This document shows positions 10,797 to 23,099 of a stretch of DNA of 64,000 nucleotides, piece by piece (positions within the stretch are counted from its first letter, which is position 1; each line of letters begins with the position of its first letter). The notes beneath the pieces are model-generated. The model ran no database searches. It had not been told where the DNA came from and saw nothing but the letters and a program-made list of their open reading frames with translations. The position numbers were made by a program, and so were the translations under genes. The DNA is from Oikopleura dioica (taxonomy: Eukaryota; Animalia; Chordata). The stretch covers positions 14,891,208-14,955,207 of the forward strand of contig OU015568.1 of NCBI GenBank assembly GCA_907165135.1. Reading direction: 5' to 3'.

Positions 10797-13700
10797 CTAA
10801 TCATCATTTGGAAGAGAGTCGATCAATTTATTCAGATCAAGGCTCGTGGAAGAGCTGGTCGTTGAGGGAGGTGCCCAAATGTCTCTGGAGCCGTAGCCAG
10901 TACCAAGAGCGGGATCCCAAAACGGACTAAAGGAATGGATTTATTAGGCATTTTCAGTCGGGCTTACCTGAGCTTTCGATCATATGAGTCAGGGTCTAAA
11001 ACCGGTTTACTGGTTGAGTAACCAGAAGTTGTGGGAAAGTACAAATTAGAGCTAGCTCCAGACGGAGTCGGCGCCTTCAAGTTCACAGGGCGATTCGATC
11101 CGATCGGCTGTGTAGTACTGACTGGCTGTTCCGGGAAGGAGAATGGGCTCTCTCCTGGTGGGAAGAAATCTGTTCCCCCAGGACTTGATGGTCCTCTTCG
11201 ATGAGTTTGCCAAGGCTCGCGTTGTCTGGGCTTACTCATCTCTGGTGGAGTTATGTCGCTTGTAGAGGAACTTGTTGTATGAAAGGCCGGTCGAAGCGGT
11301 TGAGAAGACGATGATGATGAAGCAGGTTGGAAAATAGTTGACGAGAATGACGGATTAAATGGATCTGACGAAGAATTGAAGGACGGGGAAATTTTTGAAT
11401 ATTGGCTTGAACTTGTGTGTGGGATGTTGCCTGTGTGGAAGTTGTGGCTTGGCGGAGGAGCCATTGGCGCCTTTGGTGTTTGGCCAAATGGACCGGCTAA
11501 TGGTGGCTCGTGCGCTGGAGGAGCGCTCGATGCTGGTGTGCTTCCTGGTGGCGTCGGAGGAAACGATGGAGGTGGTATGTGTCTGAGGAAATCCATGATG
11601 TTGGCGGGGATATTCATGTCGCCACTTGGACTCATGTTGGACTGCATTGGCAATCGTTGCGGTGGGAGATGTGGTGGTGGCATACTCATCCGTGGCGGCG
11701 GAATCGACGGTGGTGGTCCCTTGTAAGAGCGCAGGTGAGGCGCCATTTCGGGACCGGTAGCTTGAAGCAAAGGGGTCTTGTATTCTTGGACAAGGTTTGG
11801 CGGTGGGCCAGGCGGGTAAAAAGGTGGAGGAGGCCGCGTGTCGATTGACAGATCTTGTAAACGAAAATTTCTGACTAGATTTAATGAGATTTTTACCTTT
11901 CGGACGAACAGGAGCGGGCGGCTGCCCCTGCATAAAATGCTGAGGTGGCGGCGGAGGCATCGACGGTGCAATCGGGGGAGGATTCGGAACCGTCTGCAAT
12001 GTTGGTGGAGGAGGGACGGTTGGATACACTGCGACTGGAGGTGGTGGTTGAATCGGAATAGGACCGTGTTCTTGAATTCCAGGGCTCAACGGCTTGATTG
12101 GACTGACAAAAATGCAGTTTTCAAGCTTGAGAACTTGTTGATCTTTCGTGTGAGCGATTTGCCACGAAATGTAGAGAATTCTCTCAGCGCGCGCATCAGC
12201 TTGATCACTTTTAAAATAACGATAACACAGCCGATAAGCTAAACCTTACCTCTCAGAAGAAACCTGGCCGACGATCGACTCCTTTGGGGGCATGTTCCAC
12301 AACGTCCAGCCCTTGAAATCAAGGTCTAAAATGTTTCTTAGCTTGAGTTCTAGAAGTTTCTTAGCTAACCTTCAGGAAGAAGTGAAATTTTCGGCTCCCA
12401 AGAAGGACCCCATTTCGGCGGCAAGGTGTTATTCAGCCGACTTGCAAGGTTAATCCATGTTCTCGACTTGAATAATTGATTGATTTCCAGGTCAAAACGC
12501 ATGTTTATTACCTTGTTGTTTTCAAGAAATTGCAAGTTCTGCTGTAAAAACTGAAGAATCGCCAATACCGAGGGAAGATGACGCTGGGGATCGACGGGGA
12601 GTTGAATAAGAATGTCCAGGTATTCCAAAAGAAAATCAAGCATTTCTTCGTGAAGCTCAAAGTTGGTCGTAACCGCACGGTGATAGTTAGCGATCGTTAT
12701 GAAGCTCATTTGCAAAAGTTGCCGTTTGGAGAGCGAGGAGCCCAACGACCGGTGAAATTCCAATGCTTGGACTAACCGCCTATTTTTTAAAAAATGAAAT
12801 GATGAAAAATGCTTAAACAATATGCATACGTTTTGGTTTCTGAGAAATTTTCTTTTCGCTTCAAGAAGCAGAGAGCTTGGAATTTCAGGAATAGTCGCAT
12901 AAGCTCAAGAATCGATATTTGCGAAGGTTTTTTGCTGACTTTTGACTTTGCCGACTTGAGAACTTTCTCCAGTTGACGGGAGAGGTTATCTTTCGAGACA
13001 GGAAAAGGGCATTTGACATACATAGCGCGGAAATAATAATAAACTAAAACAATAGTGAACAATCGAAGTTTAAACAAGTTTAAATCTTACCAGTTTGAAG
13101 ATTATCAGGCGAAGTAGCGGCGAGAATAGCGAGTTGATTATACGGGTGGCCGCTGGAAGGCACAAGTTGTGAAGCTTTTCGATAGAATGAGTCGGCGATT
13201 TTTTGCTTGTGTCTGTATCGAGCGATGTCGCCGAGATGGATCAGACAATGTTGAGCGATGTACAAACTAGAGGTTGCGCGCGGAGGAGGCTGGTCCCCAG
13301 CTGGAGCAGTTTCTGAAAGAAATGAAAGGGGTTTTAATGGCTGAAAAGAACCTTGGACGCAAGGCATGAGCTTGAGCTGACGATCCGTCGCACGATTTGG
13401 CAATTGAAGAGAATACGCTTCGCAAATGTCATCGAGAAGTTGAAGATAGAAGGCATATGCAGATTCGAGCAGTTCCGTGTAGTTGAAAGCCGATTCTTGC
13501 TTGAATTCAGCTTTGGACGCGGAGGACTAAAATGAGTATGATTGTTTTGATTCAATAGGAGATTGATAGAATTACCCGCTGAGCTTCGAGAAGTTCATTG
13601 ATCGGATTTTTAAAGCAATTGTTCCAAAGATCTTGTTCAATCTTTTGATCTAACGCCAGTTCCAAGTCAGCGACGAGCAATGATCGGTAGATGTCCCGCA

Positions 13701-13883
13701 GACGGGTTCTAGAGCCGACGATTTCGCAGTAAGGTAAGTCATTATCGATTTTTGCCTAATTTTCAATATAACATAACAGAGAAGCGGGAAAAGTACCTCT
13801 TTGATGGACAATTGTAAGTCCCTTGCTTCTTCAATAAGTTTTCTAGGACTGTCTGTTAGCCGCCACGGCTGTACCTCAACCAT
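10797..13883 (-). CDS. SMG7: Nonsense-mediated decay factor SMG7
   Basis: EQDLWNNCFKN, QHCLIHLGDIARYR, PSSGHPYNQLAILA (EST1/14-3-3-like domain), Pro-rich C-terminus, no PIN domain. Confidence 0.9.
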
Positions 13884-14189
13884 TCTTCATTCCTTTTCTA
13901 AAAGATAACTGATCAATAAATGTAACCATCACAATCGAAACAGGCCACAATAATTGGTCCTATTCTAGAGAGGCAAAGACTCATCAAAACTGTCACAGGT
14001 AACTAGCTAGAATTGGCCAGAATTAGCGATACAGCGTTCTTTATTGTCTATAAATTATATGCTATAAAAGAATGTTGTATCATTTTATATAAGAAGAAAT
14101 ATACTGTTTTTTATCTGTATTATGCAGTCTTTGAAGTTGGTATTTGATTTTAACGGGGCTCAATAAAGGTAAATCTGATTGTCTTTCTT

Positions 14190-17100
14190 TCAGTTCTTTC
14201 GCTTTCTCCTTCCTCTAGTACGCTTCGTGCTCGGCTCTGACGAGGAGCTTGTAGATCCCACTGTAGAAGTCGTAGCGCGCTCAAGTCGCTCATCCAGCTC
14301 AGCCAGACTTAACTCTTCAGTAGACCCAGTTTTCGCCGCGTCAGACTCTTCTTGCAAGCGAATGTTTAGCTTCGGGAATTGTCTCTTTGTTCCTGTGGTG
14401 GCAAAGTTTCTGTGGCGCAGGGACAAAGAGGACGAGGAGCTTGGAAGCTTTGTCAGCCCAGAACTTTGACCTTCTTCTCCTGAGCTGTCATAGTCTTCTT
14501 TCAGCTGAAGTTGGAGGGACGTAGCGATCAGATTTAGGTCGTTTCCTCTGATCTCTCGAATGATATCTAGTATCTTCTGATTCGCGTGTTGGAAAACACT
14601 CTTTGTCTCCGAGCAAATCTACAAAAATATAATAAAAAAGTTGATTTACCACCACGAGACAAACCTCACGCATGCGTTTGTCCGCTTCTTTTGCTATTTG
14701 CGTCATTTTGCGCAAAAGTCTGAGGGAAAAAGCAGGAGATCTTCGACCAAGGAGGACTTCGATTTCGAGCTTGGTCGTTCCGCTACTGAGCAATTGATCC
14801 ATGGAAAGGAATAATCGACGGCCAAAGCCACGCAAGTCGTTGAATTTGTCGAACAAAACGAGTTCTATTCGTTGGGTTTCGAAAATTGAAATGAAAATGA
14901 AAGTAAATACCGCGGAAGTCAACGATAATCATATTACTTGTTTATATGAAAGCATAAACCCTTCCTAATAAGTCATTTGAAGCATCTTTCGCAACGATTA
15001 AAGCCGACATTGGCGGGGACATCGTTCCCCTCGTGCTCTCCTCTTGCCAAATAATCACCGACAAGTGTTCAACATCGTCCCCTTCCCAACCGCCGACGCG
15101 GTGCTGATTCAACAGTCCAACATCGACATACCAGTCTCTGTCGCCAACTCGCATCGTCTACAAGTATAATTACACTAATCCTGATCTCGTAATTATAATT
15201 ACTCACTTTTGAATGCCTGGGAGACGTCTCCAGCTCGAGTTGTCTTATGTCATCAATTTTCAACACAAAGGTCGCATCATTGTCCGTCGTTTCAGACGAG
15301 TCAGCCCACTCGCCCGTCAGAAATTCGAACACTTTGTTCTTTGATGCGTCGGTCACTTCTGATGCCAGTTTCTTAGGAATCAGGACTTTGATCTCATTGA
15401 GCGCATTGGCGGTTGCGCTCATATGCTGCTGGAGGATTTTTATTTGATCGTCCAGGTTCCGCCGCAGCTTTTCAAAAGGTTCGAGGGTGACGAAATCTAT
15501 TCCCGGTAGGTCATTCGAGTATTCGGGTTACCTACTTTAGGTCGATAAAAACACGGTCATCTGGGTGTGGATTTCCTGCGCGTCACATGGGACGTGCAAG
15601 CTGATTCGTTTGCATAACCTCTAGCGCTAGAATGAAGACATATATAAGGAAACTACGAATACCTCGACCATAAAATTAAAAGGCTTCTAATATGACATTC
15701 GAAAACGCATCACTGCGCATTTACAAGCTCGAGCAGACAATTTCAACAAGCGGAGATGACTGTAGCTCATGGAGCCATGAAGTACAGTCATATGAGACGA
15801 ATACATAGCAGTTTTCCGACTTGGATAAAATGTTTTATGAACTGGATAAATTGAACAAGCCAATGTTTAAACAAATGAAGAAAATCAAAAAAATTGCAGC
15901 CGTAATTGACAAGAATGAGAAAAAACTCATTTTGGAGCCTGGCGAAATAATGGGCAAGAAAAGAAAGAGGAAAATATCTCGAATGATTCAAAACCGGAAA
16001 AAGAAAATGAAAAATGAGGAGGAAGAGTTATCAATACTGGTGGATATGAAAACGACACTAGAAAGCAAGCTCTACTGTATTCTAAATGGCAAAAGCCATT
16101 ATGACAGAGCACAGTTCTTTCAATTTATTGAAACGATGGCAGAACATCTAAGTGAAGAAGAGAGTAGTCCCGCGAAAAAGAGAAGATATAACTAGCGAGC
16201 CTGGGAAAACAACGAAGCGTATCAAGACTTGATATGAATCGACCCAGGATTTAATTTTAATGCTCTCACAATATTTACTGCGGCCTCAAATTCCAATTTC
16301 GCCAATAACAAAATAAAAACTGTGTCATATGAGCACGAAATCAAGCCAATTTGAACAGCTGTGTGGAGGCAAGATGACTGTGATTGCCAATTGAGATAGC
16401 CCCCAGCTGTTTTGGCATTCGCTATCTTTTAAAAAGGCAGCGCTAAAGAGGGCCCAATAAATACGAAGATACGGGGCACCCTACTCGCAAAAATCAGAAA
16501 AAAATGAATTCCTTCTTTGAAATTTTTGAACTACGAAAAGTGCCGAAAAATGGCGACAGAGTTGAATGGCAAAGAACGAAAAAATTCAGCGAATTATGGA
16601 CAGAAGAAGATTTCCGAAAATTTCAACAAATGATGAAATGCAAAGAAACGTCGGAAAAATACATCAAGAGTCGAGAACGCAAAATGAAAGAGCACGAAGA
16701 AAACGTCAAAAAGCTCGAGGAAGAAATCTTCGAACTCGATGAAGAATCGCGAAGTCCTGGCTCACTGGGGGAGGCCGTTTATTTCCGCAAAAAGGACGCA
16801 AAAGAGGAAATAATTTTGGCCGAAAGTACGAAAATGATCTCTTGCGAGAACCAAGTGGAAGAGAATCAAAAGAAAATTAGAACCCAGGAAAGTCGGATGT
16901 ACTGTTTGCTGACGAATACGGAATGGATCGATGTAGCTGACCGATTGAAGATGATCAGGAAAAAATCAAGTAAACGAAGAAGATCATCCATAGCGCGAAA
17001 TTCTATGCCTGTTGGAAGTGAATCGCCAGAACTGTACACTCGAACTGTAAAATATGTCCCAAAGCAATAAAAATGAGCTGAAAAATCCAAACTGAACAAT

Positions 17101-18040
17101 TTTTAGGAGAATATAAGTTTGATTTTCTACGATTGAATCAACAGTCACTCAGCTTAAAAACAACTGTAATTCAGGAAATTACAGGACTCTTTTTAATTGA
17201 GTAATTTTTGAACCTTTCCTCGAGGCAAATATCCTTTTGATTTTGCGTAAAGTCGGATATTCTTCGCTTCATCTTGAGTTGATTGTTCCAGTAGTTTTGC
17301 GTCTCTTTTTCGATGTTCTTGATTTCATCGTGGATGTTTTTCTCTTTCTCCTGGGCTGCTTCGTCCAACGATCGAATCGTGTGTTTGTTGAGGTTAGATT
17401 TTGGAATTTCTGACACGCACAGCTCGCAAGCTGGCTTTTTGTTTATTGTATCAAAGTGCGTCATATACTGAACAAAAGATGAAGGAAATGATCAGGAAAG
17501 AAGGTCTTTAGTCAGGCTTCGACAACCTGTGCAGAAACCTGAGTCAGGGTCTTGTTAGGACGTGTAGCTTCGCGACCCTGAGTCAGGGCCTGGATCAAGT
17601 TTTCGCACAGTCTCCCGAACCGAAGTTTTAAATTTTCTTACTTTGTCATGATGAACTGCGCATTTTCGTAAAGATTCGCCAGCTTTTGCCGCCATTTGAC
17701 AAACATCATTCAGCCACGGGCACCGGACGAGATTTTCAGTCTCTGTTCTTCACAAATTTTAGGTTCTTTTTCGGGTTTTCAAAGTGACACTTACGGGCTT
17801 CTACAATAGGGACATTTGCCGTTGTGGCTCAGGGAGACTTTGATACAGCCGTAGCAGAAGGCTTTTGAGCATTTTGGGCATTGGTGCGCGTCCCGGGGAC
17901 TCTGAATTAGGACGATAAGGAGGGTTGAAAGGAGGTGGATTTAGAAATTCATAATATAAGACTGTATAAATGAGCATTACCACCCAACAAACAGGACATT
18001 TGACCAGCTCCAGCATCTCTTCTAGCGCCTTTTCAGCCAT
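14190..18040 (-). CDS. TRIM37: TRIM37-like E3 ligase (RING - B-box - coiled coil - MATH)
   Basis: Spliced RING CPVCWESPRDAHQCPKCSKAFCYGC...CPYCR...LVRCPW; B-box CAVHHDK...ACELC...KH; MATH ATFVLKID...VGDRDW...HLSV...RGFGRRLF...LEIEV, in TRIM37 order. Junctions around 15420-15640 could not be fully resolved. Confidence 0.8.
15821..16195 (+). CDS. Intronless Lys-rich orphan ORF (124 aa) nested antisense in a TRIM37 intron
   Basis: Uninterrupted ATG-stop ORF, C-terminal NLS-like PAKKRRY, shares ES[KR][LM]YC[IL]L with 16504-17070. Confidence 0.6.
   Translation: MDKMFYELDKLNKPMFKQMKKIKKIAAVIDKNEKKLILEPGEIMGKKRKRKISRMIQNRKKKMKNEEEELSILVDMKTTLESKLYCILNGKSHYDRAQFFQFIETMAEHLSEEESSPAKKRRYN
16504..17070 (+). 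CDS. Intronless coiled-coil orphan ORF (188 aa) nested antisense in a TRIM37 intron
   Basis: Long uninterrupted ORF, E/K heptads, motif QESRMYCLL, basic KKSSKRRRS. Confidence 0.65.
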   Translation: MNSFFEIFELRKVPKNGDRVEWQRTKKFSELWTEEDFRKFQQMMKCKETSEKYIKSRERKMKEHEENVKKLEEEIFELDEESRSPGSLGEAVYFRKKDAKEEIILAESTKMISCENQVEENQKKIRTQESRMYCLLTNTEWIDVADRLKMIRKKSSKRRRSSIARNSMPVGSESPELYTRTVKYVPKQ

Positions 18041-18510
18041 TTCAAGATGTTAAGTTGATCAAGCAGTGAGTCAATTCGATGAGGAAAGGGTGAAGCGTGT
18101 TATTACAGTAAATACACTGTATTTCAGTTTAATAAAACAGCATTTTTTGAACAGAAAATCAAAATAATTGAAAGTTTTGAAATCTTCTTTTATGGTTTTT
18201 CGAAATATTTTTTTCTCGCTTCGAAAACTTTTCTTTTCGAAGAAGGGATCAAGTATGGAAAAGGGTTTATGTTTGAAACTAGGGAGGATCGCTCGCGGCG
18301 ACGTTTTTTCAATTTTAGGGAAGCGCGCGTGGTTGGTCGCGTTGAGCGCGCGACGCGGACTGGCGCGCCTACGAAACCAGCTCCGAATTGACGCTAGAGT
18401 CGATTCCAATGAACAGACTCCTTCAGGACACAGGTCATTTCCGCCAATATCTCCCATGATACCCGCTTTATGTGATAGAGAAGACTTCCACGCTGGCGCT
18501 AAGAGTCTGA

Positions 18511-19401
18511 ATGACTGCGTTTCTCGTGTTTTACAGCTCTAGAATCGATAAAATCGCTCCATTTCTCAAAAATTATGGTTTTCTCTCTCAGTTATCTATT
18601 CACCAAGTCTTGATTTTTAAACGTAAATACGCTTTTACGTCGTTTTCCCATGAAATTTAGCGATAAATTATAGAAAAATAATAGTCAATTATTGAAAAAA
18701 AGCTGTTTTTATACCGAAATTCTCATTAATGTATTCGCACTGTAATTCGTTATAACCTGTTCCCAGAGCTCGGCAACATCCGGCTTCCTGTACTTTTGCG
18801 GCGACGTTTCAGCCAACAAAATGTCCGAAATGCATCTGGCCCGAGCACCGACGAACGGAAAGTAAAGTGCTCTAATCAGCGCAAAAACTCATCGAAAAGA
18901 GAGAGAAATGGGATCCGTGGAGAAGTTTACGTTTTTCGACAATTGGCATTTTCTGGGTTGGGCCCTACGTCAGATTTGCGCTCAATAGGATCAATTCTCT
19001 CACTAAACTTTGGCCAGTAAAGGATGGGATTCTTTTTCGATTTTTACGATTTCTCCATCGGACCATACTTCGATCGGGCCATATTTTCTGACTCATAACT
19101 TTCAATACAGTACATCCCATTGAAGATCCTCCTGGACCAGACGTTTTTGATGCCCGTAAACATGCTTGTCGTCAACACAGTTTACCCCCTCCTGTCAGGC
19201 TTCAATTTCGATGAAGCACGGGCGATTTGCTCCGAGAAAGTCTTCGGAATCATCCAGTACGGTTGGTGCTACTGGACGCCTGTTTCATTTGTCCTGTTCG
19301 TGTTGATCAAAAATGAAGTTAAACGTTTCTACCTCTTCAATTGTTTCGCCTATTTCTGGCAAATTTTTCTAGCCTTTGCTGTTAACAACCAATTTACCTA
19401 G
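18511..19401 (+). CDS. Mpv17/PMP22 family membrane protein
   Basis: ATSGFLYFCGDVS / AQKLIEKREKWDPWRSLRF...GP; KILLDQTFLMP; W.YWTPV...KR...N.F..FW. 5' exon structure uncertain. Confidence 0.8.
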
Positions 19402-19470
19402 TTCCTACATTTCCAACTATACTATCTACTATTTATGTTTTCACATTTATCCGGAACTTGAAATGTTCAG

Positions 19471-22400
19471 ATGAATGGCTTGGACGACGAAATGGACCCA
19501 CTCGTCAAACTAAAATTCACGAGCTCCAAGCGGAAGATACGCGAAAAGTCACCCGCGGACAGTGAGAAGCCAGTTTCTAAGAAGCCCGTGATTTCGTCCT
19601 CAAACCTATCTGCCGAGCAGAAGTTTGATGCCCTCTTCGGCAGTACTGGTAGCTTCAATTCTGCTCCTTCAAAAGTAGAACCGACTCCAAGAACAAGCCC
19701 ACAGGACAAGAGATTTAGCCCAAAGAAAGAGACAGTAAAGCCGTTAAGTCAGAGGCCGAAACAAAGTGCTCCAGTGATAAAAGCAACGAAAAAACGCTCG
19801 AAGTTGGATAAAAATAGCCCATTTGCCCTTGCCTTCGGCTGCGTCGACTCTGATGATGATGATAATGACGACAGTACCTTCGTCGCAGACGAGAAAGAGG
19901 ACGAAATGAGCGCGCAGGATCAGTGGGATACGATCATGAACGAGACGGTGAAAAATGCTTCTGATCCACCAACTCCAAAAATCAGCAGTTTACGATCTTT
20001 GGCGAGAAATTCCAAATCTCCCGAAAAGAAAGAGTCAACAGAAAAATCAAACGGACACAAAACTGAAGAGAAAAGCCTTCGTGTCTTCTCTTCAGCGACA
20101 ATAGATCTTCCCGTGAAGCCAAAAGTGATGAACAAAAATACTGAATCAACAAAAGTCAAGAAAGAGAAGCTCCAAACAAAGGCGGAATTCGAAATGGGTA
20201 AAACACTGTTTTTTTTAGGTTGACCCTCGGGTTTTCCGACCCCCTTAATTTGGCTCAGGGTATGAGCTACCCCCTTATAATCAATAGTCGAAATGATCCC
20301 CGTGATCTGGCGGTTCTAAAAATGCATTATGTCAGTGTCTGCCAACACTAGAATCCAAGCAATTTTATGCTAGTTTTCCTTTAAAAATCACTATTTTCCG
20401 CTTCGCCTCTCTTCAAAGGGGTCATTTGAGGTCATATGACCTCGCCAAGGTCACAAGACCCCGTCGAGGCAACGCAGTAGAGTCTGGGCTTTCAGAAAAT
20501 GTATAGAAGTATGGGGCTACCACATAAGGATTTTGAATACGGTTGGGACAAAGTCAGGGTCAACCTAAAAAAACAGTGTTTAAGGCGTAGTTAGCAAATC
20601 ATTTGTTAAATTTTATTTAGAAATCTCACCTATCAAGCCTGATTCAAACGCTCCCGCTTCTGAAGCCTCCAAGCCATCTCCCTTTCCTCCGCCGTCTTTG
20701 AAAGCTCCTACTGCCAGTAAAACTAACAGTAAGGAAGATGCAGCAAAGCCAGAAGCGCCGGGAAGACCCTTCCGCGAAAAGCGATTTTTCAAGAGCAAAA
20801 CGAAGATCGACTACCAAGAAGATGCGAATGACCCGTACAGTATGGATCAGAATCAATTCGACGATTTTAAGAAACCAACACTTCCGAAAGCAGGAAGGGC
20901 GAAAAAGTACAAGGCCCGGCGGAAATACGAGTTCCGATTGCAGACAAAATGAGCGACGAGCAAATTTCCAACGAGGGACTCCAAGACGATGCGAAATTCT
21001 ACCTCGACGGGGTCAAACCTGGAACAAATGATATCAGTTCCCGAGCGCTCACGGCTATTAGCTTTGCGAAAAGATTGAATGATGAAGAGTTTCGCGTCTT
21101 TCTCGCGAAGAATAAGCTGCCAGCTCCGAGCAAGGCGCATAATCTTGGCCAATTGATTGTTTTGTATCTTGGGGATGCAACTGATCCTGAAAAAACTACT
21201 GGTAAAAACATCGAAACCGCTACTCATCAATTTTAATGCTTTTCAGCCTCTTATGCGCTAGCTGCTGCGATTGCTCTTCATAAAGTGTGTCTGTACAAAA
21301 ATATTGGCTGTTCAAAAATCATTCTTGGTAAGTTCAAACGAAAAAGAGCTACTGAAGCATCTTATTTTAAGGACTTTCCCATCCAGCTTTATCTAGCAGT
21401 AGCAGTTGAAGTTGAGCTTCTTGAATTTAAAAGTAACTAACTTGACATTTAGCACTTATCGTAAAACTGCTCAAACTCAAGCTGCCAAGTTCCAAAGCAC
21501 AAGACAAAGATTTGCCAAGAATCCAGCGCGATGCCGATTCCATCATCAAGGATTCCGCTTCTGTTAACCCCGATATTCCCTGGTAATCAGATAGCCCGAT
21601 ATTTTTAAATAGACTCATTTTACGCTTGGCCAGCCCAGCCGGCCTATATCATAAACTGAAGAAACTCGACTGAAATTCAATTAATCCGTCTTTGTTTAGT
21701 ATCAAACCTATCTCGAGCGGGTGGACCCACAATACAGTAGCTGCCGAAACCGTCTATCTCCTTTGTATAAATACGAAAAAGCCTGTGTTCAATACAATCT
21801 GTATTATCTCAAAAATGCTCAACTTCCTTGTCGAGAAAGTGGTCGAAATCATTTCCGTCAAAAGCACAAGTGAAATTAATCGAACCGAGTTCAACAAAAT
21901 CTTTGACGCGTTTGAAGCGCAAACGAAGCCTTATAAGAAAGCTCTTGGTAATTTTAAAAAAGCGAAAATGTATGGTATTAATATTGAACTAGAAGTGGTG
22001 GTGAATGAAACGGAGTACTTGGAAGCTGTGGGGAAATTTTTGAAGATCACCGGTCCAGAAAATATGAAAACGAATGGATACGCCAACAGGATAACGAGGC
22101 ATCTTATCAACTTGTGCTGCGAGTCTGATCATGCTTGCTTCAAAATGGCACAGCTGGAATTTCTGCCTTATATTCTTGATATGATCGTCAAATTTCCAAA
22201 GAGCTCATTGTTGACAAGCCAAGATGAAAAGAAACATTCCTTGAAGGTACTCAATCATAAATCCTGCCCATGATTTTCGACTAAATATTCACATTTTCGC
22301 CCCTCGATTATCAATAGAACTTCGGAAATCCGGCAAAAGATCTTTCATTTTTGGGAGTGCATATTGACTCTTATCCCAACTTCTGAAGTTTTATCGACAA

Positions 22401-23099
22401 TTCTTTAGAATTGCTTAAGCATAGTTTCTGTGGTTAAACTTCTGGTATCTATTCTCATTTTCTATAATTCAAGATCGGAGTTGCTATTCTACTGAATTTA
22501 ACAATGAGATCCCCCGCTTGCCGAATGAAAATGCAAAAGGAAGAAAACTTCCGAATTATTTTGGACGTTTTGAACGACGAAATGACAGAGCTCAAGCGAA
22601 TTCACGACGGCGATGTGAGCATGGCAATGTCCAAGACGACGTAATTCGATCGAGCTGTTTTTATTTTGATTATTTTTTCTGTAGGCTGGACGCGGAATTC
22701 GGTGAGGACATCAAGGGAATGTCGGAAGAGGAGCAGCAGCAACTGGGAAAGATGGTGAACAAGGCTGATGCGCATGTCAAGGGTTGTATGACCGTGGCCT
22801 ACTGTGCTATTATGGTAGCCAAGCTTATTCAAGGTAAGAGTGGGCGGATGAAAACAAGGGGGAAACAGTCCATTATTCGAAAATAAATGATCGACATGGG
22901 CTCATTTGAATTTTTAGCGAATCAGTTTATTCTCGACGATGTGCGAGGCTATCTGTCAGACGGCGCAATCAAATACTCCCTCCAGTGCTTCGACGAAGTC
23001 GACAATATACTCAAGCTATCTGGAAAAGAAGACGACGTCTCAGCAGAATACATGAAGGAAGCACGAGAAATCTTCGCCGCCAACAATTTAACAAACTAA
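19471..23099 (+). CDS. WAPL: Cohesin release factor WAPL
   Basis: Disordered N-terminus then DDAKFYLDGVKP...RALTAISFA...FRVFL and C-terminal HVKGCMTVAYCAIMVAKL...VRGYLSDG matching WAPL HEAT-domain motifs; ttcag immediately before ATG. Confidence 0.9.
20202..20580. mobile_element. 379-bp MITE with ~26-bp TIRs and 3-bp TAA TSD inside a WAPL intron
   Basis: TIRs aacactgttttttttaggttgaccct (20202-20227) and agggtcaacctaaaaaaacagtgtt (20556-20580); TAA at 20199-20201 and 20581-20583. Confidence 0.85.

Noticed and set aside
10964-12242. Overlapping long ORFs in several frames
   Set aside because: Explained by Pro-rich SMG7 exons in different frames separated by a short intron, plus antisense shadows.
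14942-15422. XRCC4/XLF-like protein
   Set aside because: The sequence fits a MATH domain and belongs with the upstream RING/B-box as TRIM37.
18071-18542. ORFs on both strands between TRIM37 and the Mpv17 gene
   Set aside because: No motif or splice support; CpG-rich divergent promoter region is the simpler explanation.
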